Virus record (IMG/VR): IMGVR_UViG_3300044846_002555
Span: 1-64,000 of that record
Reading direction: 5' to 3' (one strand)
From: a virus
DNA length: 64,000 nucleotides
Below, one piece after another: positions 58,470-64,000 of the stretch (positions within the stretch are counted from its first letter, which is position 1; every line of letters starts with the position of its first letter). The notes below the pieces were generated by a model. The model was given only the letters and a program-made list of their open reading frames with translations. It did no database searches and was not told the origin of the DNA. The position numbers were made by a program, and so were the translations under genes.

Positions 58470-60884
58470 ATGATGTCATTAAAGATAAAAAAAAGAGGGG
58501 GGGACGAAGTTTCGTTCAACCCCCAAAAAATTTATAATAGAGTTAAACGAGCAGCAAGAGGATTAAACGTAAATGCTGATGAGGTATTCATTAAGGTGAT
58601 AACTTCAGTTCCAACAGAGGGTGTTATTACAACCAAAGAGTTGGATAAGTTAGTTTACGAGATTGCGGCGGCATACACCGGAAGTCATCATGACTACTCA
58701 AGATTAGCGTCTTCAGTAGCAATTTCTGCGTACCACAAAGAAACTGATGATAGTTTTTGTAACACAATGCACACATTACACGTTGATGGTATTATTAATG
58801 ATAAGTTAATGGAAACTATTGAAAAATATGGTCCTGAAAATATTGATTCTGTAATTAATCACGAGAATGATTACAATTTTGATTATTTTGCATGGAAATC
58901 ATTACAAGAAATGTATTTGTTAAAAACTCCGGAAGGTAGAGTAATTGAAAGACCACAACATATGTATATGAGGGTGGCTTTATGGGTTACTAAATCATTT
59001 GAACAAGCGGTTGAGTATTACCAATCATTGTCAAACCAACTTATTTCCCCGGCAACACCAATTATGATTAATGCGGGGACTAAAACACCTCAACTAGCGT
59101 CTTGTGTATTGAAATACAATCACGGGGACTCAAGAGAAGGTTTATTACAAACATTAAATGATATTTCAACGTACTCTTCGGATGCTGCGGGAATTGGTTT
59201 ATGTATGTCTAACATTCGTAGTAAAGAAAGTCGTATTAACTCATCAGGAGGATTTGCGGGTGGTTTATTGAAATACCTTAAAATAGTTAACGAATCATTA
59301 CGTTTCTTTAATCAACAAGGAAGAAGACCGGGAAGTGCAGCTATCTACATTGAACCTTGGCATAAGGACATCATTGATTTACTTGAGATTAAAAAGAACA
59401 CGGGTGCTGAAGAGATGAGAGCGAGAGATTTGTTTACATCAATATGGTTACCGGACAACTTTATGGAGGCGGTTAAGAATAATTCTGATTGGTACTTATT
59501 CTGTCCTAACGACATTAAAAAGGCGGGTATCAAACCATTACAGGAAACTTATGGTGAAGAATACGAACATAGTTATAACAGAGCAGTTGAACTAGGTCTT
59601 GGTAAAAAAGTAAAGGCACAAACAATTTGGAATAAAATTATAGAATCTCAAGTTGAAACCGGAGTTCCTTACTTATGTTCAAAAGATAGTGCGAACAGAA
59701 AAACAAACCATCAAAACATTGGGGTGATTAAACAATCTAACCTATGTAATGAGATTTACCAATATACTGATGAGAACACTACTGCAATCTGTACTTTATC
59801 ATCTATGGTATTGAAAAACTTTATTATTAAAGGTGAGTTCGACTTCAAATTACTTTATAATGAGGTTAGAAAGGTTGTTAGAGCACTTAACAAAGTTGTT
59901 GACATTAATAGTTACTCAACTGAACAAGGTAGAAAAGGTGGTTTAGAACAAAGAGCGATAGCTATCGGAACTCAAGGACTTGCTGACGTATTCTATTTAA
60001 TGGATTACATCTTCACATCTGAAGAAGCTCGACAATTAAATAAAGAGATTTTTGAAACCATATACTTTGCGGCAATCACCGAGAGTATGGAATTATGTAA
60101 ATCAGGTGAATATAAACCATACAAATTCTTTAAAGGGTCACCAATGTCAAAAGGTATATTCCAATTTGATATGTGGGGGTTAGATTACGAAGGATTAGGT
60201 AGAATGTGGGATTGGGACTCACTTAAGTTAGAAGTATCCAACCACGGGGTTTGTAACTCGTTATTCACGGCTCAGATGCCGGTTGCATCTTCTGCTAAGA
60301 TTACAGGTTCATTTGAAATGACAGAACCGGCTCACTCGGCATTATTTAATCGTCGTGTAGTTGGGGGTGAAATCTTAATTGTTAATAAATACTTAATTAA
60401 TGATTTTGAAAAAATTGGTATTTGGTCTGAAGATTTGAAAAATGAGATTATAATGAATGAGGGTTCAATTCAAAACATTAACTTTAATCATTATCTTGAT
60501 GTTGAAGATAAAAACTACAACAAGAAAGTTAAGAGAATTGAACATTTAATTCCAAAATACAAAACAATTTGGGAAATATCTCAAAGAGAACTTATTGATA
60601 TGGCTGCTGACAGAGCACCATTCATTGACCAATCACAATCAATGAATATCTATATGTCTAACCCAACATTATCAAAGATTTCATCATCACACTTCCATTC
60701 TTGGGGTAAAGGATTAAAAACTCTTTGTTATTATGTTAGAACTAAAGCAATATCAACCGGAGCAAAACATTTGGCTGTGGATATTTCAAAAGTGGGTCAA
60801 CCAAAACCTATTGAAAAACCAACCGTTGAAATAAATCAAAAACCAAAAGACAGTGAATTTGAGTGTTTTGGGTGTGGTTCTTAA
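58470..60884 (+). CDS. nrdA: Ribonucleotide reductase class Ia alpha subunit with ATP cone
   Basis: IKKRGG ATP cone, QLASC, SNLCNEI, MPVASS, YYVRT, C-terminal CFGCGS. Confidence 0.95.
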   Translation: MMSLKIKKRGGDEVSFNPQKIYNRVKRAARGLNVNADEVFIKVITSVPTEGVITTKELDKLVYEIAAAYTGSHHDYSRLASSVAISAYHKETDDSFCNTMHTLHVDGIINDKLMETIEKYGPENIDSVINHENDYNFDYFAWKSLQEMYLLKTPEGRVIERPQHMYMRVALWVTKSFEQAVEYYQSLSNQLISPATPIMINAGTKTPQLASCVLKYNHGDSREGLLQTLNDISTYSSDAAGIGLCMSNIRSKESRINSSGGFAGGLLKYLKIVNESLRFFNQQGRRPGSAAIYIEPWHKDIIDLLEIKKNTGAEEMRARDLFTSIWLPDNFMEAVKNNSDWYLFCPNDIKKAGIKPLQETYGEEYEHSYNRAVELGLGKKVKAQTIWNKIIESQVETGVPYLCSKDSANRKTNHQNIGVIKQSNLCNEIYQYTDENTTAICTLSSMVLKNFIIKGEFDFKLLYNEVRKVVRALNKVVDINSYSTEQGRKGGLEQRAIAIGTQGLADVFYLMDYIFTSEEARQLNKEIFETIYFAAITESMELCKSGEYKPYKFFKGSPMSKGIFQFDMWGLDYEGLGRMWDWDSLKLEVSNHGVCNSLFTAQMPVASSAKITGSFEMTEPAHSALFNRRVVGGEILIVNKYLINDFEKIGIWSEDLKNEIIMNEGSIQNINFNHYLDVEDKNYNKKVKRIEHLIPKYKTIWEISQRELIDMAADRAPFIDQSQSMNIYMSNPTLSKISSSHFHSWGKGLKTLCYYVRTKAISTGAKHLAVDISKVGQPKPIEKPTVEINQKPKDSEFECFGCGS

Positions 60885-60898
60885 TAGAAATAAATATT

Positions 60899-60924
60899 AA
60901 TCACGACTTTGGTCGTGATTTTTT
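60899..60924 (+). terminator. Intrinsic terminator
   Basis: AATCACGAC-TTTG-GTCGTGATT followed by a T run. Confidence 0.9.
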
Positions 60925-60971
60925 ATTTTACTCTATTTATAAGAAATAATTACGACACTATATTTATAGAT

Positions 60972-61430
60972 ATGGCAGATGGAAAAACATATGGTATTAA
61001 TTTCCCTTTTAGGGATTCTTATGATGGAAAGTATTTAGACCTTTCCACAGATAGTACTGAAGAAACAAGAACGGACTTAATACATTTATTATTAACTAGA
61101 AAAGGAAGTAGATATTTTTTACCCGATTTTGGTACAAGATTGTATGAATTTATTTTTGAACCATTAGATGGTCCTACATTTTCAGATATTGATGCTGAAA
61201 TTAGAGATGCTGTTGAAGAATACATACCGGGAATAACAATTAAAAATATAAGTATTACTGCGGCATCAGATGGTGAGGAAGATAAAGGTACTTATGTTGA
61301 CCAATATGATACACGTGTTTTTAGAGTACCGGGTATTGGAACTAAAGAACACACTGCGAAAGTAAAAATAGATTATCAAATAAATAATGACGTGTTTAAC
61401 GCTAGTGATTTTGTAATCCTAAATATTTAA
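60972..61430 (+). CDS. Baseplate wedge protein, gp25-like
   Basis: LLLTRKGSR...PDFGT.L..FIFEP. ATG 60972 preferred because the track's start lies inside the terminator. Confidence 0.9.
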   Translation: MADGKTYGINFPFRDSYDGKYLDLSTDSTEETRTDLIHLLLTRKGSRYFLPDFGTRLYEFIFEPLDGPTFSDIDAEIRDAVEEYIPGITIKNISITAASDGEEDKGTYVDQYDTRVFRVPGIGTKEHTAKVKIDYQINNDVFNASDFVILNI

Positions 61431-61435
61431 AGAAT

Positions 61436-63274
61436 ATGGCAAATAAAAAAATATCGTATACTACGAGAGATTTTCAATCAATTAGAACTGAGTTAATAAA
61501 CTTTACAAGAACTTATTATCCGGATTTAGTTGACAATTTTAATGATGCAAGTGTGTTCTCTGTATTATTAGACCTAAACGCTGCGGTTACCGACAACCTT
61601 CAATTCAACATAGATAGAAGTATTCAAGAGACGGTATTACAGTATGCTCAACAAAGGTCATCAGTATTTAACATTGCCAAAACTTATGGGTTAAAAGTTC
61701 CGGGTCAAAGACCGTCAGTAGCTTTAGTTGATTTTTCAATTACTGTACCGGCTTTTGGTGATAAAGAGGATTTAAGATATTGTGGTATTTTACGTAGAGG
61801 TTCTCAAGTAAGTGGTGCTGGTCAAGTATTTGAAACTGTTTATGATATTGATTTTTCATCACCATCAAATGCGGATGGGTTTCCTAATAGATTAAAAATT
61901 CCAAATTTTGATTCAAACAATAAGTTATTAAATTATACTATTGTAAAACGTGAGACCATTGTTAACGGTATTACTAAAGTTTTCAAGAGAGTTATTACTG
62001 CTAATGACGTAAGACCATTTTTTGAAATATTTTTACCTGAAAAGACCGTATTAGGTGTAACAAGTGTGTTATTGAAAGATGGTACTCAATATGCCAATGT
62101 ACCTTCAAATCAAGAATTTTTAGGTGTTGATAATAGATGGTTTGAAGTTCAAGCTTTAGCTCAAGATAGAGTTTTTATTGAAGACCCAACAAAAGTTTCT
62201 GACAACCCCGGGATTAAAGTAGGTAGATATGTAAATACTGCCACTAAATTTATTACGGAATTTACACCTGAAGGGTTCTTTAAAATGACCTTTGGTGGAG
62301 GTAGTCAATCTGCTGACGAACAATTAAGAGAATTTGCTCGAGATGGTAAACCATTAAATTTATACAAATATTCTAATAACTTTGCGTTAGGTAGCACTTT
62401 AAAACCTAATTCAACCCTATTCGTTCAATATAGGATTGGTGGTGGTACAGGAAGTAATTTAGGTGTTGGAGTTATTACACAAATTGGAACAGTTTCATTC
62501 TTTGTAAATGGTCCGTCTGAATCTGTTAATACTACAGTTGTTAATTCATTAAGATGTAACAACGTAACAGCGGCTATAGGTGGGGCAAATTATCCAACAA
62601 CAGAAGAAGTTAGGAATTTAGTATCGTATAACTTTACGGCTCAAAACAGAGCAGTTACTGTAAATGATTATGAATCAATTATTAGAACAATGCCATCACA
62701 ATTTGGTGCACCGGCTAAAGTTGCAATAACTGAAGAAAACAATAAAATTAAAGTTCAAATGTTATCATATGATGAGACCGGTAGATTAACCGAGATAGTT
62801 TCAAACACATTAAAAAATAATGTGGCGAATTATCTATCAAATTACCGTATGATTAATGATTATGTATCAATTGAAAGTGCAAATGTTATTGACTTAGCTA
62901 TAAATGTTGATGTTGTGTTAGATAATTCACAAAATCAAGGTTCAATTATTTCTCAAGTAATTAATATAATCACAGATTATTTTGACCCGACAAACCAAGA
63001 AATGGGTGAAAATGTTAATGTATCGGAATTAAGAAGATTAGTTCAAAGTGAAAATGGTATTATTTCCGTTTCTGATATGACATTTTTTAATAAAGTTGGT
63101 GGTCAATATTCTTCATCTCAAACATCTCAAAGATATATCGATTCGGAAACAAAACAAATTGAATTAGTTGATGATACAATTTTTGCCGAACCAAGACAAG
63201 TGTATCAAGTTAGATATCCAAACAAAGATATCAATGTGAGAGTTAAAAATATTAAAACGGTTAATTTCTCTTAG
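61436..63274 (+). CDS. Baseplate wedge protein, gp6-like
   Basis: RDFQSIR.ELI, AQQRSS...IAK.YG, YRIGGG..SN, QNRAVT.NDY. Confidence 0.9.
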   Translation: MANKKISYTTRDFQSIRTELINFTRTYYPDLVDNFNDASVFSVLLDLNAAVTDNLQFNIDRSIQETVLQYAQQRSSVFNIAKTYGLKVPGQRPSVALVDFSITVPAFGDKEDLRYCGILRRGSQVSGAGQVFETVYDIDFSSPSNADGFPNRLKIPNFDSNNKLLNYTIVKRETIVNGITKVFKRVITANDVRPFFEIFLPEKTVLGVTSVLLKDGTQYANVPSNQEFLGVDNRWFEVQALAQDRVFIEDPTKVSDNPGIKVGRYVNTATKFITEFTPEGFFKMTFGGGSQSADEQLREFARDGKPLNLYKYSNNFALGSTLKPNSTLFVQYRIGGGTGSNLGVGVITQIGTVSFFVNGPSESVNTTVVNSLRCNNVTAAIGGANYPTTEEVRNLVSYNFTAQNRAVTVNDYESIIRTMPSQFGAPAKVAITEENNKIKVQMLSYDETGRLTEIVSNTLKNNVANYLSNYRMINDYVSIESANVIDLAINVDVVLDNSQNQGSIISQVINIITDYFDPTNQEMGENVNVSELRRLVQSENGIISVSDMTFFNKVGGQYSSSQTSQRYIDSETKQIELVDDTIFAEPRQVYQVRYPNKDINVRVKNIKTVNFS

Positions 63275-63345
63275 CAATTTATTTTAAAATTTATTGAATT
63301 ATCTTTTGAAAATAGTATATAAACTATTTATTAAAAAAGATTATT

Positions 63346-64000
63346 ATGTCCAATTCATTTAGAATACGTACAGAGCCGGGTGTTGACAAATCACTTAACG
63401 TCTTGATAGACCAAGAATTTGAGTATTTAGAAATATTATCTCTAAAATTATTACAAAGTCAAATATACACTAGACAATGCTCTGATTACGGGGTTATTGT
63501 TGGTAGGGTAAGTGTGAACAATGGTTTTGGTATTCCAAATGCTAAAGTTTCTGTGTTTATACCTTTAGACACAAATGACGAACTTAATCCGGTTACTTCT
63601 GATTTATATCCGTATAAAACATTAACAGATTTGAATGAAGATGGTTATAGATATAATCTACTACCATATGTTAAATCTCATAGTGGACATAATCCAACAG
63701 GAACTTTTTTTAATCGGGAGGATGTTTTAACCGACCCAACTTTAATACAGGTATATGACAAATACTTCAAATACTCTACAGTAACAAACTCTAGCGGTGA
63801 CTATATGATTTTTGGTGTACCAACCGGAAGTCAAACAGTTGTTGTTGATATTGACTTATCAGATATTGGGGAATTCTCATTATCACCCCAAGATTTGATA
63901 AGAATGGGTCTTGCAACGCCAGCTCAAGTTGCGGGTATAAATTTTAAATCTTCTACAAATTTAAATTCGTTACCTCAAATTATTAATTTTAATAGAACTA
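63346..64000 (+). CDS. Probable baseplate-associated structural protein, 3' partial (not in ORF track)
   Basis: Manual translation MSNSFRIRTEPGVDK...YGVIVGRV...GFGIPNAKVSVFIP...TNSSGDYMIFGVPTG, open to the window end; TATTTAT at 63325. Confidence 0.8.
   Translation, partial: MSNSFRIRTEPGVDKSLNVLIDQEFEYLEILSLKLLQSQIYTRQCSDYGVIVGRVSVNNGFGIPNAKVSVFIPLDTNDELNPVTSDLYPYKTLTDLNEDGYRYNLLPYVKSHSGHNPTGTFFNREDVLTDPTLIQVYDKYFKYSTVTNSSGDYMIFGVPTGSQTVVVDIDLSDIGEFSLSPQDLIRMGLATPAQVAGINFKSSTNLNSLPQIINFNRT

Noticed and set aside
20535-60884. Inteins or introns in the polymerase, helicases, RecA or RNR
   Set aside because: Protein lengths are ordinary, motifs are contiguous, and I saw no intein termini or homing endonuclease motifs
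3269-61225. Short ORFs from the track nested in or antisense to long genes (e.g. 3269-3463, 15999-16475, 20726-21265, 22882-23196, 57143-57466, 61019-61225)
   Set aside because: They overlap well-supported genes, have no recognisable motifs and have the composition of shadow frames
1-64000. Stop-codon reassignment as seen in some large phages
   Set aside because: Long genes are intact under the standard code, and TAG (31275, 54612, 56099, 63274) and TGA (25050) end genes at plausible positions
1-64000. tRNA or rRNA genes
   Set aside because: Intergenic gaps are short and AT-rich with no recognisable cloverleaf; a tRNAscan/Infernal run would confirm
1-64000. Eukaryotic giant virus origin, suggested by PolB, SNF2, eukaryote-like RNR and GT60
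   Set aside because: Sheath, tube, baseplate, neck, gp32-like SSB, bacterial-type promoters and intrinsic terminators indicate a tailed phage

Overview
An AT-rich 64 kb segment of a large T4-like (contractile-tailed) phage genome, read with the standard genetic code. All functional calls come from motif recognition by eye; no database searches were run. (1) 1-1604 is the 3' end of a Gly/Cys-rich 15-aa-repeat fibre protein. (2) About 1.6-19.5 kb is a glycan-modification island: roughly ten glycosyltransferase domains (GT9-like, Aah/TibC-like, GT4, GT2, GT34-like, GT60-like, HtrL-like), four methyltransferase domains, and a sulfotransferase + APS kinase + small HxGH nucleotidyltransferase + DUF2061 module, interleaved with Thr/Pro-rich mucin-like proteins. 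(3) Family B DNA polymerase, neck proteins, an SOD fused to a nuclease-like domain, and a SNF2 helicase follow. (4) The tail module comprises terminator, sheath, tube, assembly chaperone, tape measure and baseplate. (5) A replication block (SSB, RecA, 5'-3' exonuclease, DnaB, NrdB, NrdA) is followed by further baseplate wedge genes. The best candidates for undescribed biology are a phage-encoded mucin-type O-glycosylation/sulfation system acting on Thr tracts of virion proteins, a possible minimal ATP sulfurylase, a UUU_CGG-type +1 frameshift in the tail chaperone gene, and an orphan antisense promoter firing into AACTAG repeats. A Bacteroidota host is inferred but not shown.
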